Assembly: GCA_944368815.1 (NCBI GenBank)
Contig: CALVXD010000001.1
Location: forward strand, 13,093 to 77,092
Source of the DNA: an uncultured Bacilli bacterium
GTDB lineage: Bacteria > Bacillota_I > Bacilli_A > RF39 > UBA660
Direction: 5' to 3'
Length of the DNA: 64,000 bases
Numbering within the stretch: position 1 is the stretch's first letter; each line of letters starts with the position of its first letter. A program made the position numbers and the translations under genes. The notes beneath the pieces are model-generated. The model was not told the origin of the DNA and did not search any database. It worked only from the letters and a program-made list of their open reading frames with translations. This document shows, one piece after another, positions 46,907-57,753 of the stretch.

Positions 46907-49827
46907 CTCTCCAACACTTCTAAACTACTTACTATGACTTGATACTTGTCATATCTTCTTTCTACTACGCCATTAAATTTAATTATATCATTTACCTTTA
47001 TATCATTATATTTTTCATATACTTTAGGAAATATAGTTAAATCAACCATTCCATATTCATCACTTGCATATATAAAAGCCATAACATCATTTTTCTTAGT
47101 TACTATTTCTTTTATTCTATTTACTTTTAAAATTATAGTTATTCTTTTATCAAATAAATTAGGTATATTTAACGAATTAATATCATCAACATTTTTATAT
47201 TTACTAATTGGATCTTCATTTAAGTAAAAACCAAATGTATTAAGTTCTAAACTTGCTAAATATTCTTTAGGGTATTCTTCATATATTACTAATTCTGGTT
47301 TTTCTATTTCAATAAGTCCAATATCTTTAGATAGTTCTGCATAATTTAAAATTTCATCCAAGTTATTAATAAGTGTATTTTTATTATAATTAAATTCATT
47401 AAAACAACCCGCTTCAATTAAAGAAGTTATTGTTTTTCTATTAATTCCTAATGTATAAGTTCTTGTAACAAAATCTATAAAATCTGTAAATGTTCCTTTT
47501 TCTCTTTCTTTTATTATCTGATTAGTTATAGTAGTACCAACATTTCTTATTATTGATAAAGGGCACATTATACCATCAGTTACTGCAATATACTTATTAG
47601 TACTTTTATTAATACTAGGAAGTAGTATTTTCAAATTATTTGCTCGACATTCACTAATATAAGTTTTAGTTTTGTAATCACTTCCTATTACATTAGTAAG
47701 TAAATTAGACATAAAATATTTAAAGAAATATGTCTTAATGAACGCCATTTTATAAGCAATTATTGTATACGCTACTGAATGTGCTCTGTTAAATCCATAA
47801 TTAGCAAACTTAAGAATTAAGTCATAAACTTTTTTAGCAATATCTTTAGAATATCCTTTATTAATGCTTCTTTCTATAAATTTAGATTCTTCTTTTAATA
47901 ATATTTCTTCTTTTTTCTTAGACATTGCTCTTCTTAAAATATCTGCTTCTCCTAGAGTGTAACCCGCTAAAACTTGAGCTATTTGCATTATTTGTTCTTG
48001 ATAAATTATTATTCCATATGTAGGTTTTAATATATTTTCTAAATCTTTATGAATATAATCAATTTGTTCTTTTCCTTCTTTTCTTTTAATATAAGTATCT
48101 ATATTATCCATTGGACCTGGTCTATATAATGCAATTGCTGCAATTAAATCTTCTATATTATTAGGTTGTAACTTTTTTAAGAAAGAACGCATTCCTGGAG
48201 ACTCAAATTGAAATATTCCATCAGTATTAGCAGTTTTAAAAATTTCATATGTTTTCTTATCATCAAGCGGTATTCTACTAAACGTTATATTTAATTTTTC
48301 TTTTTCTCTTATTTCTTTTATTACAGAATCAATTAATGTTAAATTACTAAGTCCTAAGAAATCCATTTTTAATAGACCTAATGGTTCTAAGTAATTCATA
48401 GAATATCCTGTAACATACATTCCTAATTGATTTTTATAAAGTGGTATTGTATCATCAATATCATACCTACTCATAACAATGCCGGCAGCATGAATAGAAA
48501 CATGTCTAGGTAATCCCTCTAATTTAATGGCAATTTTATATATTTTTTTAAATATATCCACTGAATCTACTGTCATTTTAAACTTTTTATCATTTATGTA
48601 ATTATCTTCTAATTTATCAAACTTAATTAATTTGGCAAGTCCATCCACAGAATTGTTATCAACTTTTAGCACTCTTGCAACGTCTCTTATTACTTGTTTA
48701 GCACCAAGAGTATTAAATGTAATAATTCCTGCCACTTTCTTTTCACCATATTTATCTATTACATATTCAATTACTTCATTCCTTTTTTCAGAATCAAAGT
48801 CAATATCAATATCGGGCATTGTTACTCTCTCTGGATTTAAAAATCTTTCAAATAGTAGATTATATTTAATTGGATCTATATCTGTAATACCCAATGTATA
48901 ACTTACTAAACTACCTGCCGCACTTCCTCTTCCTGGTCCTACTAAGATATCATGAAATTTAGCATATTTAACATAATCCCATACAATTAAAAAATAGTTA
49001 CAAAATCCCATTTTATTTATAATATCTAGTTCATAATCTAGTCTATTTTTATACTCTTTTGTTACATTCCCCTCTAATCTTTTATCAAGTCCTTTATAGC
49101 ATAAGTTTCTTAAATATTGATATGCATCAATGTTTTTATCATATATAGGCAACAAATCAGGTGTATATTCAATATTTAAGTTACAATCATTTGCTATATT
49201 AATCGTATTTTTTATATCTTCTATATCACAAATACTTTCTACTTCTCTCCCATTCATTAAATATTTACCAATATGTGTATTTAATTCATATTCACCGATT
49301 ACTTTACCATCTTTTATCATATATAAATAATCTAAATATTTATAATCTTCTTTTTCTAAATAAGATACATCATTTATAAATACTTTAGGTTTATTAATTT
49401 TTACTTTTTCTTCTTTGGTAGAGTATCCTATAAATTTATCTTCATATATGTTATAAATATTATCATCATAAGTAGATATAGGAATAATTAAAATAAGGTT
49501 ATCTTTATATTTAATTAAATCATCTAGTACTAATTCTCTATCAGATATAAGAGTAGATAATTTAATTAAGTTCTTATAACCATCTTTATTTTTAGCATAT
49601 AATAATATTTTACTATCATTTATTTTTAATTCTATACCTATTATTGGTTTTATATCATTTTTCTTACATTCAAGATAAAATTCCATTACCCCAAACATAT
49701 TATTAGTATCTGTAATAGCTAAAGAAGTGTAACCCAATTCTTTGGCTTTTGCTACAAGTTTAGGTATATGATTTAAGCTTTCTAATATTGAATAACTTGT
49801 CTTAACTTGTAATGCCACATATTCCAT
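46903..49827 (-). CDS. dnaE: DNA polymerase III alpha subunit DnaE
   Basis: PHP N-terminus (degenerate). Pol IIIα palm/fingers motifs (GPGRGSAAGSLVSY, PDIDIDF, GLLKMDFLGL). C-terminal OB fold. Confidence 0.85.
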   Translation of the reverse strand: MEYVALQVKTSYSILESLNHIPKLVAKAKELGYTSLAITDTNNMFGVMEFYLECKKNDIKPIIGIELKINDSKILLYAKNKDGYKNLIKLSTLISDRELVLDDLIKYKDNLILIIPISTYDDNIYNIYEDKFIGYSTKEEKVKINKPKVFINDVSYLEKEDYKYLDYLYMIKDGKVIGEYELNTHIGKYLMNGREVESICDIEDIKNTINIANDCNLNIEYTPDLLPIYDKNIDAYQYLRNLCYKGLDKRLEGNVTKEYKNRLDYELDIINKMGFCNYFLIVWDYVKYAKFHDILVGPGRGSAAGSLVSYTLGITDIDPIKYNLLFERFLNPERVTMPDIDIDFDSEKRNEVIEYVIDKYGEKKVAGIITFNTLGAKQVIRDVARVLKVDNNSVDGLAKLIKFDKLEDNYINDKKFKMTVDSVDIFKKIYKIAIKLEGLPRHVSIHAAGIVMSRYDIDDTIPLYKNQLGMYVTGYSMNYLEPLGLLKMDFLGLSNLTLIDSVIKEIREKEKLNITFSRIPLDDKKTYEIFKTANTDGIFQFESPGMRSFLKKLQPNNIEDLIAAIALYRPGPMDNIDTYIKRKEGKEQIDYIHKDLENILKPTYGIIIYQEQIMQIAQVLAGYTLGEADILRRAMSKKKEEILLKEESKFIERSINKGYSKDIAKKVYDLILKFANYGFNRAHSVAYTIIAYKMAFIKTYFFKYFMSNLLTNVIGSDYKTKTYISECRANNLKILLPSINKSTNKYIAVTDGIMCPLSIIRNVGTTITNQIIKEREKGTFTDFIDFVTRTYTLGINRKTITSLIEAGCFNEFNYNKNTLINNLDEILNYAELSKDIGLIEIEKPELVIYEEYPKEYLASLELNTFGFYLNEDPISKYKNVDDINSLNIPNLFDKRITIILKVNRIKEIVTKKNDVMAFIYASDEYGMVDLTIFPKVYEKYNDIKVNDIIKFNGVVERRYDKYQVIVSSLEVLER

Positions 49828-49844
49828 AGTTACACCTCCCTATA

Positions 49845-50141
49845 CTAAAATTTTAAAGCAATGTACGCAATTACTAATCCTGCAATAACTGTTATAGCAG
49901 ATAAAGCAGCCACACCAGCAAATCCACTACTTCTAATTCCTATATCAGCATTTAATATATTTTCATGATGTCTTTTAACTAGTGAATTATTTTTTGGTCG
50001 CATTGTTTCTGATAATTTATAATGACCACTTTTTAAATTTGTATTATATGAATTTTGTTCTTCTATTATGATTGTAGATTTATCTCCTGTTTCATCTACA
50101 AACTCTCTTTCAATATTATTATTTTTCATAAGTACCCTCAC
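49845..50141 (-). CDS. Hypothetical protein with a C-terminal TM anchor
   Basis: 98 aa; hydrophobic C-terminus AGVAALSAITVIAGLVIAYIAL. Confidence 0.3.
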   Translation of the reverse strand: MRVLMKNNNIEREFVDETGDKSTIIIEEQNSYNTNLKSGHYKLSETMRPKNNSLVKRHHENILNADIGIRSSGFAGVAALSAITVIAGLVIAYIALKF

Positions 50142-51058
50142 TTTCTTTTATTCTCACTTACCATAACTAATACTTCAGTAAGTTGTTTTATTCTTTCTAT
50201 TATTCTTCTTGCTTTTACTTTTTCTAACGAATTATTTGATAAACTAAAATGTTCTTCTAATTCCTCTATCGTAAAGTTTGAAGTGAAAAACGTTGCTAAT
50301 CCTTGTTGCATTCGATATTGTAAAATTGTTCCTAATATCTCATCACGTCCCCAAGGCGTTGTTGTTTCCGCTCCAATATCATCAATAAGTAATAACTCTA
50401 CTTTCTTAATATAATTAAACTTTGTTTTATATTCTTCATCATCATTAAATGATTCTTTTAAACTTCTTAAAAATTCTGGAAAATATATTATCGCTACTTT
50501 TTTATCTAACTTAGCAAATTCATTTAACATTGCCGATATTAAATATGTTTTACCACATCCAAAATTACCAGTTAAATATAAACCTTTTCCTTTTTCCCCT
50601 TTTTTATAATTATCAATATATTTTTTTAACCATTTAATTACTTCAAATCTATCCGGATCATCTGTATAAATATCTTTCATTGAAGCATTTTTTATATCTT
50701 TTGGCATATCATATAATTCTATATTTTTTTGATATTGCGTCTTTTTATCTAATTCTTTTTTATATTTACATGGCATATAACAAAATACAACATTATCATT
50801 TTCAACAATTGGATAATATACATATCCCTCAACCATATTTTTACATTCAAATATATTCTTACAATTAGCACAATTATTAAGTTCACGGACTGTATCTTCA
50901 ATTTTAGATGTATGTTTCATTATTTCTTTTTTTGATGTTTTTAAAGTACCTACTACTTTTTTAAATTTTTCATTTTCCATTGCCTGATTAAAATCATATT
51001 CTAACTTATCAATATTAGTCCTATATGTATTTTTTATTAAATCTTTCATACTATCCAT
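50138..51058 (-). CDS. dnaI: Primosomal helicase loader DnaI (DnaC-like AAA+)
   Basis: N-terminal zinc-binding Cys cluster (CANCKN..C...C), Walker A GNFGCGKTYL, Walker B LLIDDIG. Confidence 0.8.
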   Translation of the reverse strand: MDSMKDLIKNTYRTNIDKLEYDFNQAMENEKFKKVVGTLKTSKKEIMKHTSKIEDTVRELNNCANCKNIFECKNMVEGYVYYPIVENDNVVFCYMPCKYKKELDKKTQYQKNIELYDMPKDIKNASMKDIYTDDPDRFEVIKWLKKYIDNYKKGEKGKGLYLTGNFGCGKTYLISAMLNEFAKLDKKVAIIYFPEFLRSLKESFNDDEEYKTKFNYIKKVELLLIDDIGAETTTPWGRDEILGTILQYRMQQGLATFFTSNFTIEELEEHFSLSNNSLEKVKARRIIERIKQLTEVLVMVSENKRK

Positions 51059-51059
51059 A

Positions 51060-52352
51060 TTATTGATACTCCTTTAATAATTCTTCAATAGCATTCTTTT
51101 CTTCTATTTGAGCTTCTTTTTTCTCTATTTTCTTATCAAACCATTCTGGTAATTTTTCTTCTTTTACTGTACTAGTTACTTTAACTACTTTTTTATTATA
51201 CTTCTTGTGTTCTTTTTCAGCAAGTTTCATTGCTTCATCTACTGTTTCTATTTTAAGTCTTTTCCATTGACCAGCGATAGTTTCAACAAAATTTCTATTT
51301 AATTTATTATTATTTGTTTTTAATGTATAATCTAAAAGAACATTTACTACACCCGGCTTTAATCCATGTTCTACAATTAAATCTTCCGCTAGTTTTAAAT
51401 CTCTTTTTAGAGGTTCTGCCCCATTATTCTTTTTCTTTAATATATCATATGGTGATATTGTTTCAAAACTATATATCATTCTTGCTCTTTTTGAGGTATC
51501 TCCCACAGGGGTTCTTAAATATTCTGGTTGAGTGTTAGCTACTATACTAGGAAGAATCCCTCCATGATCAAATTGATAATAGTTTCTGCAACTTTTCCTT
51601 AATTCTTCTTTACTTATAGTCCCTCTTTCATTAAGACAACCCTTTATAATATTTTGCATATGCATTGCATCTATTTCATATAAAAATGATAAATTTAAGA
51701 TTAATTCTTTAATATCTTTAGTAAAGCATCTATCTATATCAACACTCTTAGGCATAGATGCAATTAAAAAATTAAAGTCAAAGTTAGTATTAATATTTAA
51801 TTTAAGTTTATTACACTTTCTTATATCATCATTAATAACATCATATGACGTTAAAGGAACAGAACTAAACACTTCTGAAAAAGATGCTGTAATTTCTTCA
51901 TAACCACTTGTATTTAGTTTAGGTATTTTAAAATATTCGACTAATTTGTCATATTCTTTTTTTCCTACATTATTGTATAACACAACATTTAATATTGGAT
52001 GATTAAATATTTCATGAACAGATAATGGAGAATATAATTCATAAATATAATTATTAACATTACCTTTTTTTACTTTTGTTCTAAGAAGACCTACAGCTTC
52101 TAATTTTTCTCTAATACTAATAATTTCTTCTAAAGTTAAATGCATATTAGTAGCTAAATGTTGATGACTACATTCACCACTCATAAATTCCATTTTATCT
52201 AAATCTGCCCATAAAGTAAAATATAATATAATTGGTAAAGGTCCTATTATAGGTTGATATAACATATTTAAGATTTTTCTATCTTCATTATTCATTATGC
52301 TTTTATTTACAACGATATAAGTATCTGCTGGTAATATGTTATTCTTGTCCAT
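51060..52352 (-). CDS. dnaB: Replication initiation and membrane attachment protein (DnaB of B. subtilis type; DnaD-like domains)
   Basis: Lies immediately upstream of and translationally coupled to dnaI, as in the B. subtilis dnaB-dnaI operon. Length and K/E-rich C-terminal DDBH2-like region are consistent. Confidence 0.6.
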   Translation of the reverse strand: MDKNNILPADTYIVVNKSIMNNEDRKILNMLYQPIIGPLPIILYFTLWADLDKMEFMSGECSHQHLATNMHLTLEEIISIREKLEAVGLLRTKVKKGNVNNYIYELYSPLSVHEIFNHPILNVVLYNNVGKKEYDKLVEYFKIPKLNTSGYEEITASFSEVFSSVPLTSYDVINDDIRKCNKLKLNINTNFDFNFLIASMPKSVDIDRCFTKDIKELILNLSFLYEIDAMHMQNIIKGCLNERGTISKEELRKSCRNYYQFDHGGILPSIVANTQPEYLRTPVGDTSKRARMIYSFETISPYDILKKKNNGAEPLKRDLKLAEDLIVEHGLKPGVVNVLLDYTLKTNNNKLNRNFVETIAGQWKRLKIETVDEAMKLAEKEHKKYNKKVVKVTSTVKEEKLPEWFDKKIEKKEAQIEEKNAIEELLKEYQ

Positions 52353-52421
52353 AATATCACTTTCCTTAAAAATATTTTATAATAAATCACTATAAAAGTA
52401 AAGGAAAAACAATTATTATAA

Positions 52422-53120
52422 CTAGGTATTTTTTGCTACTTTTTTATTCATAATTAAGTAACTTATTAGAAGTCCTATAATAGATAAAATAAATATTAAA
52501 TTATTATATCCTGTTAAGTATATTACGATAATATTAGCAGCCATATGCATTAATATAGTTAGTTTTATATTCTTATATTTTATATAGAATAATCCAAATA
52601 CTATTCCTAAAATAAATGCATATATCATTGTTACTACTCCATTATGTAAAAACGAAAATATAAATGAAGACAATAGTAACGCTACATATTTATTATTAAA
52701 TTTAAGTAATTCTGTTAATAATTTCTTTCTAAATAAAAGTTCTTCTAAAATTGGTCCTAAAACACCACTAGAAATAAACAATAATATTTTATTTACTTCA
52801 ATTACTTCATTACCTTCTCCAAATTTAAAAATTATCATATTAAGGAAACACGCTAATGATATTCCAAATAATACTGCGCCATAATAATCTTTTAATGATA
52901 ATGGTGGTTCTTTTTCACGATATTTATTTAATAATACCATAACTAATATAGCATAAATAAATGTTAATACTATATATCCTTCATTTATATAAAACGACAT
53001 TAAATCTTCACCGTTTAATATCATATATAAAATTCCAATTCCAAATATTAAAGAATATTGGATAATCATAACAACTATAATATCTTTCATCGCTTTAATT
53101 AATTTTTTTAAATATTCCAT
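52422..53120 (-). CDS. CPBP family intramembrane metalloprotease (CAAX protease/Abi)
   Basis: Motif 1 EELLFR, motif 2 FxxxH (FSFLHN), motif 3 HMAAN, within a polytopic membrane protein. Confidence 0.7.
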   Translation of the reverse strand: MEYLKKLIKAMKDIIVVMIIQYSLIFGIGILYMILNGEDLMSFYINEGYIVLTFIYAILVMVLLNKYREKEPPLSLKDYYGAVLFGISLACFLNMIIFKFGEGNEVIEVNKILLFISSGVLGPILEELLFRKKLLTELLKFNNKYVALLLSSFIFSFLHNGVVTMIYAFILGIVFGLFYIKYKNIKLTILMHMAANIIVIYLTGYNNLIFILSIIGLLISYLIMNKKVAKNT

Positions 53121-53157
53121 AACAATTCCTCTTAAAAAAAGTAGACTAAAAACTAGA

Positions 53158-54021
53158 CTACTTCTCTATTCTTTCTTTTAAATATTCTTTTAATGGTTCT
53201 TTTAAGTCTTCTCTTTCTAATGCATAATCTAGCGTAGCCTTAAGGTAACCTAATTTACTACCAGTATCATAATAAGTAGCATCCATTATACATGCATAAA
53301 AATCTTGTTCTTTCATAAGTTCTTTCATTGCATCAGTAAATTGATATTCACCACCAGCACCTTTACTAAGTTTTTCTAAAATATCAAAAATTTCCGGTTT
53401 AACAATATATCTTCCTAATCCTGCTATATTTGAAGGTGCTTCTTCTTGTTTTGGTTTTTCAATAATTGTTTTTATCTTGTTAGTATTTTCATCCGCAAAC
53501 GAAACAATTCCATATCTACTTACTAAATTTTTATCAACTTCCATACATCCAATTACATTAGCATTATTTTTTTCATATATGTCAATTAATTGTTTTAATA
53601 CTGGAACATTTGACTTCATTATATCATCACCGTATAGTACTGCAAACGGATCATTACCTACAAATGTCTTAGCAAGTCTTATGGCATGTCCACTTCCTAA
53701 TGGTTCACCTTGTCTAATAAAGTAAATATTAACGTTTCCCTTTATGTTACCTAATATTTCTAGTTCTTCTGTCTTTCCTTTTTCTTCCATTCTTTTTTCT
53801 AGTTCATAATTAACATCAAAATAATCTTCAATTATTTTTTTATATGGACTAGTTATTAATAATATATCTGTAATACCTGATGCAACTGCTTCATCAATTA
53901 TATATGATAATGTAGGTTTATCTACAATTGGAAGCATTTCTTTTGCCACTGATTTAGTAATAGGCAAAAATCTTGTTCCCATTCCTGCGACCGGGATTAC
54001 TGCTTTCGTTACTTTTTTCAT
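53158..54021 (-). CDS. galU: UTP--glucose-1-phosphate uridylyltransferase
   Basis: AVIPVAGMGTRFLPITK...KEMLPIVDKP N-terminal signature. Confidence 0.9.
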   Translation of the reverse strand: MKKVTKAVIPVAGMGTRFLPITKSVAKEMLPIVDKPTLSYIIDEAVASGITDILLITSPYKKIIEDYFDVNYELEKRMEEKGKTEELEILGNIKGNVNIYFIRQGEPLGSGHAIRLAKTFVGNDPFAVLYGDDIMKSNVPVLKQLIDIYEKNNANVIGCMEVDKNLVSRYGIVSFADENTNKIKTIIEKPKQEEAPSNIAGLGRYIVKPEIFDILEKLSKGAGGEYQFTDAMKELMKEQDFYACIMDATYYDTGSKLGYLKATLDYALEREDLKEPLKEYLKERIEK

Positions 54022-54072
54022 AGATTCCTCCTAGTTTCATTATAACAAATATATTTAAAAAGGCAAGTATTT

Positions 54073-54642
54073 CTAATAGTTTTCTATGTTTACAAGATTT
54101 CCAATGTATACTGTTTGCATATTATCGTTATTAAGAGTACAAGTAATTAAAGTAATAGTTCTAATATCACTATCCTTATGTATAGTTATTTTACCATCCT
54201 TTCTTTCATTATAAATATTTACTATTTTATATGTATATTTCTTTCCATTATAGTAAATATAACAATAATCATTAATAACTAATTTATATAAATATCTAAA
54301 ATATGATACATCACTAGTTCCTGAATGACCTGCAATTACTAAATTACCTTTTTCTATATCTGGCATATTAGAAGAATTAATTATTTCTAAATTTTGATTA
54401 ACATTATTTTGAAATGAATCTATATTATATAGTCCTTTTTTTAAGTTTATTTTAGGTATTTCTAATATCATTAAATATTCATTTATATTAGTATCTTTTT
54501 TAGTATTATCAACCTCTTCTTTTTCAAAGAACATATTTATATTATTTTTTTCTATTATACCTTCCCTTTTATCATTAATAATTGTATTAAGTACCCACAT
54601 TATACTAACTCCTATTAAAAGAAATCCTATTCTTTTTATCAT
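54073..54642 (-). CDS. Small sortase (class D/B-like transpeptidase)
   Basis: N-terminal TM, catalytic His region LVIAGHSG, active-site Cys in TLITC, conserved Arg downstream; 189 aa. Confidence 0.75.
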   Translation of the reverse strand: MIKRIGFLLIGVSIMWVLNTIINDKREGIIEKNNINMFFEKEEVDNTKKDTNINEYLMILEIPKINLKKGLYNIDSFQNNVNQNLEIINSSNMPDIEKGNLVIAGHSGTSDVSYFRYLYKLVINDYCYIYYNGKKYTYKIVNIYNERKDGKITIHKDSDIRTITLITCTLNNDNMQTVYIGNLVNIENY

Positions 54643-56125
54643 ATATTATTAAACTAACTCCTACACAAAAGATTCCTAAAATACTAAAAGATTTAGTATA
54701 ATCCTTATTTAATAAAGTATTAGGTACTTCTATTACTGGTTCATTTTCTACAGTTAAATTAATTACTTCTTTATTTTCTTTTATTTCAAAATATATTTTA
54801 TTACTATCTAAAATATATCCCTCTACTGTTTCTACTTCTACAAGATAATATTTTCCTAAAGGTAAGTTCTCTATTAAAATTTTCCCTTCTTCATTAGTTA
54901 CTGTTTCTAATATAAATTCATCATTTTCTGTATATAATTGAAATTTAGTATTAGGTAATTTATTTCCATTAGTTTTATCTATTTTAATTAATTCTAAACT
55001 ACCTTTTGGCAACTCATTTTCTATATTGAAATTAGTTGTAGCTAAACTAGGATTATCTTTATCATATATTAATTCAAATTTATACTCTGTATCTATTGCA
55101 ATATTTCCCATAGATGAAGATACTTCTTTTAATATATATTTTCCAAAGTATAAGTCTTTAATCGTTACTTTTCCTTCTTCATTCGTTTTGTAAATACCAA
55201 TCACATCACCTTTATTATAAATAGTTTTACCTTGAACTATAATTGGTTCATCTACTATTAATTCAAAAACTACATTACTTAAAGGTATATTTTCATAGAG
55301 TATACCATTATCAAATTTAACAGTTTCTCCTATTTTATTTATTTCTATTTCTCCAGAATGAATATTAATATTTACATTAGCACTTTTATTTTCTAGATAA
55401 CCTGATGTAAGAAATTTTTGAGAACTTCCTGCATAATAAAACATAAATACTTCATTTGTATAACTTTTTCTTTTTAAATTTATAGAATTAACATTATCTA
55501 ATATATATAATTTATTATCAAAAACATAGGAATTATTTCTATCAATTATTTCATAATCATTTAATACTAAATTTTTATCTTCAATTATAATATCTTGTCC
55601 TTTTATAAAATCAAAAGTATTATTATTAAAAGACGGTAATAAATTATTTTTATTTACTTTATCTAAAATATTGTTTTTTTCTTGTTCTACATCAATTCTA
55701 GGTCCATGTACTTGATCAATGCTTGTCCAATATACTTCTCCTTTACCATTTAATACAGCCTCCCATATTAATTCTTGAGCGGCTAAAAAATATTTTATAT
55801 CACTTTTATTAAAATAATCATATCCATAATAAGCAATTAACTTTATTCTTTCTTTTACTTCATTAGGCAAATTCAATTTATCAAAATTACTAGTAGAACT
55901 ATAAATAGAAGTAGTTATATGAACATTAGGTTCAATACAATAAGCTGTTTTACCATTCATTATAAATAAATCTTGTAAATATAAATAATATTCACCATTA
56001 GACATTTCAAATACTGCGTATATATCCCCAATATATTCTTGTTTTAATTTAGAATCATTTATTTCCCCTTTTATACTAATTGGCATAATTAATAACATTA
56101 TAATTATAAATATTATTTTTTTCAT
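54605..56125 (-). CDS. Surface adhesin with a thioester domain (TED) and CnaB-type domains; sortase substrate
   Basis: Signal peptide. TED motifs: Cys in TAYCIEP and Gln in AAQELIW ([YFL]C..; .Q...W). Two CnaB/prealbumin-like repeats (LPLGKYYLVEVETVEGY, LYFGKYILKEV). C-terminal sorting signal VPNTL + TM (ILGIFCVGVSLII) + KKNR tail. Confidence 0.6.
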   Translation of the reverse strand: MKKIIFIIIMLLIMPISIKGEINDSKLKQEYIGDIYAVFEMSNGEYYLYLQDLFIMNGKTAYCIEPNVHITTSIYSSTSNFDKLNLPNEVKERIKLIAYYGYDYFNKSDIKYFLAAQELIWEAVLNGKGEVYWTSIDQVHGPRIDVEQEKNNILDKVNKNNLLPSFNNNTFDFIKGQDIIIEDKNLVLNDYEIIDRNNSYVFDNKLYILDNVNSINLKRKSYTNEVFMFYYAGSSQKFLTSGYLENKSANVNINIHSGEIEINKIGETVKFDNGILYENIPLSNVVFELIVDEPIIVQGKTIYNKGDVIGIYKTNEEGKVTIKDLYFGKYILKEVSSSMGNIAIDTEYKFELIYDKDNPSLATTNFNIENELPKGSLELIKIDKTNGNKLPNTKFQLYTENDEFILETVTNEEGKILIENLPLGKYYLVEVETVEGYILDSNKIYFEIKENKEVINLTVENEPVIEVPNTLLNKDYTKSFSILGIFCVGVSLIIYDKKNRISFNRS

Positions 56126-56272
56126 ATAATCCCCCTAACTTAATTTTTATAATTATATTTTTATCATATATTATGTCATTAAATCTCCTCCTTCAACTAA
56201 ACCCCTCTATATATATTATTGATAAAAAAAATGTCAAATTACTTCTTTTTTCCAAAAAAAATAAAAAAACTT

Positions 56273-57655
56273 TCAAAATTTTACGTATTCGTTCAATTTT
56301 AAAAGCTTATCGTTAATTTTTAAATACATTGTATATTTACCATTAAGTCCATATGAATTAATATATTTAACATTTTTATTAGTATCTATTTCGTATACTT
56401 TCTTACCTAGAAATTTATCTAAAACAAAATATACTTCATCATCTTTATTAAAATCATATTCTATTACTAATCGATCATATTCTTTATATATATTTATTTC
56501 ATCTTTGTATTCTTTAGAAAATAATATATTAATATTCTTATCACTTGTTTCTGTTTCTTTATATTTTGATAAATATATTTCTTTTGTTATATTAAAATAT
56601 ATATCATTATTTAAATTAATATTTTCTATATCATATATTTGATTATTAGACTTAATTTTTATTATTTCGTCAACATTTATATTTGGTGTATCCACAAAGT
56701 ATGTGGATAACTCATCAGGAACATAATCCTTATTCCCAATTATTTTATTTAAGTCTGTTTTTTCATAATCATAATATAAGGTTATATTTTTTCCAGTTAA
56801 AATTACTTGATTAGTTTTTGAATCATATGACAATTGTATATAATTATCACTAGTTTTATATAAATTATATTCTTTTAATACATTTCCTGTTTGTATATCA
56901 ATTAATATTATATTTTCGCTTAAAACTAGTAATTTAGTATCATCAATTTTGTATATTAAACCATTGTATCCGTCTTCTAAATTATATTCATAATATATTT
57001 TCCCTAGTAAATCAATATTAACTATTCCTGTATTACTATCATCATTATTAAATCTATTAGTGCTTAGAAATAAATGATTATTGGAGTCTACCACTATATC
57101 TTTAGAATAACCACCTTCTAAATAATATCTTATCTCTCTATATTTATCTATTCCCACAACAACACCATTATTAGTACTTATTAAATTAATTCCATTAGTT
57201 GTTTCCACAACATCTGTGGATATATCACTATTTTCTACTAAATCTGTTTTTATTTTAACTTCTTTGTCCACAGTATCTGTAGATAGAACTACTCTATTTT
57301 CATAATTAGAATATAATCCATAAATTGGTATATAATGCTCTTTCGTTTCATTTGCTTCTTTATACGTTATATCATCATTATTTTTTCCTTTTATAGTTAT
57401 CGTAAATTTTTCTCTTTTATCTGTCTCAAACATAATAAGTGCTGTTAGAGGACTATTTCCATATGGATTTACTATTATTTTAGGATTATCAATAGTATAA
57501 CCATAACAAGTAAATGTACTCTCTATTTCACTTTGTAATGTAATTGTATCTTTTACTTCCTTTACTTCTTTTTTAGGAGATATTAAAATCACTCCAACAA
57601 TTGTTATAATTATTATTGACACTATAAAAGTTATAATAAAATATAATTGTTTCAT
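56273..57655 (-). CDS. Membrane-anchored extracellular protein, possibly arylsulfotransferase (ASST)-like beta-propeller
   Basis: N-terminal signal anchor; 460 aa; repetitive beta-strand-rich composition. Family assignment is tentative. Confidence 0.3.
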   Translation of the reverse strand: MKQLYFIITFIVSIIIITIVGVILISPKKEVKEVKDTITLQSEIESTFTCYGYTIDNPKIIVNPYGNSPLTALIMFETDKREKFTITIKGKNNDDITYKEANETKEHYIPIYGLYSNYENRVVLSTDTVDKEVKIKTDLVENSDISTDVVETTNGINLISTNNGVVVGIDKYREIRYYLEGGYSKDIVVDSNNHLFLSTNRFNNDDSNTGIVNIDLLGKIYYEYNLEDGYNGLIYKIDDTKLLVLSENIILIDIQTGNVLKEYNLYKTSDNYIQLSYDSKTNQVILTGKNITLYYDYEKTDLNKIIGNKDYVPDELSTYFVDTPNINVDEIIKIKSNNQIYDIENINLNNDIYFNITKEIYLSKYKETETSDKNINILFSKEYKDEINIYKEYDRLVIEYDFNKDDEVYFVLDKFLGKKVYEIDTNKNVKYINSYGLNGKYTMYLKINDKLLKLNEYVKF

Positions 57656-57753
57656 TTAATCACTTCTTTACTACTTTTTTATTATACTATATATACTTCT
57701 TTATAACAAGTTATAGTTTAATAAATAATACATATACTAAAATAGGTGATTTT

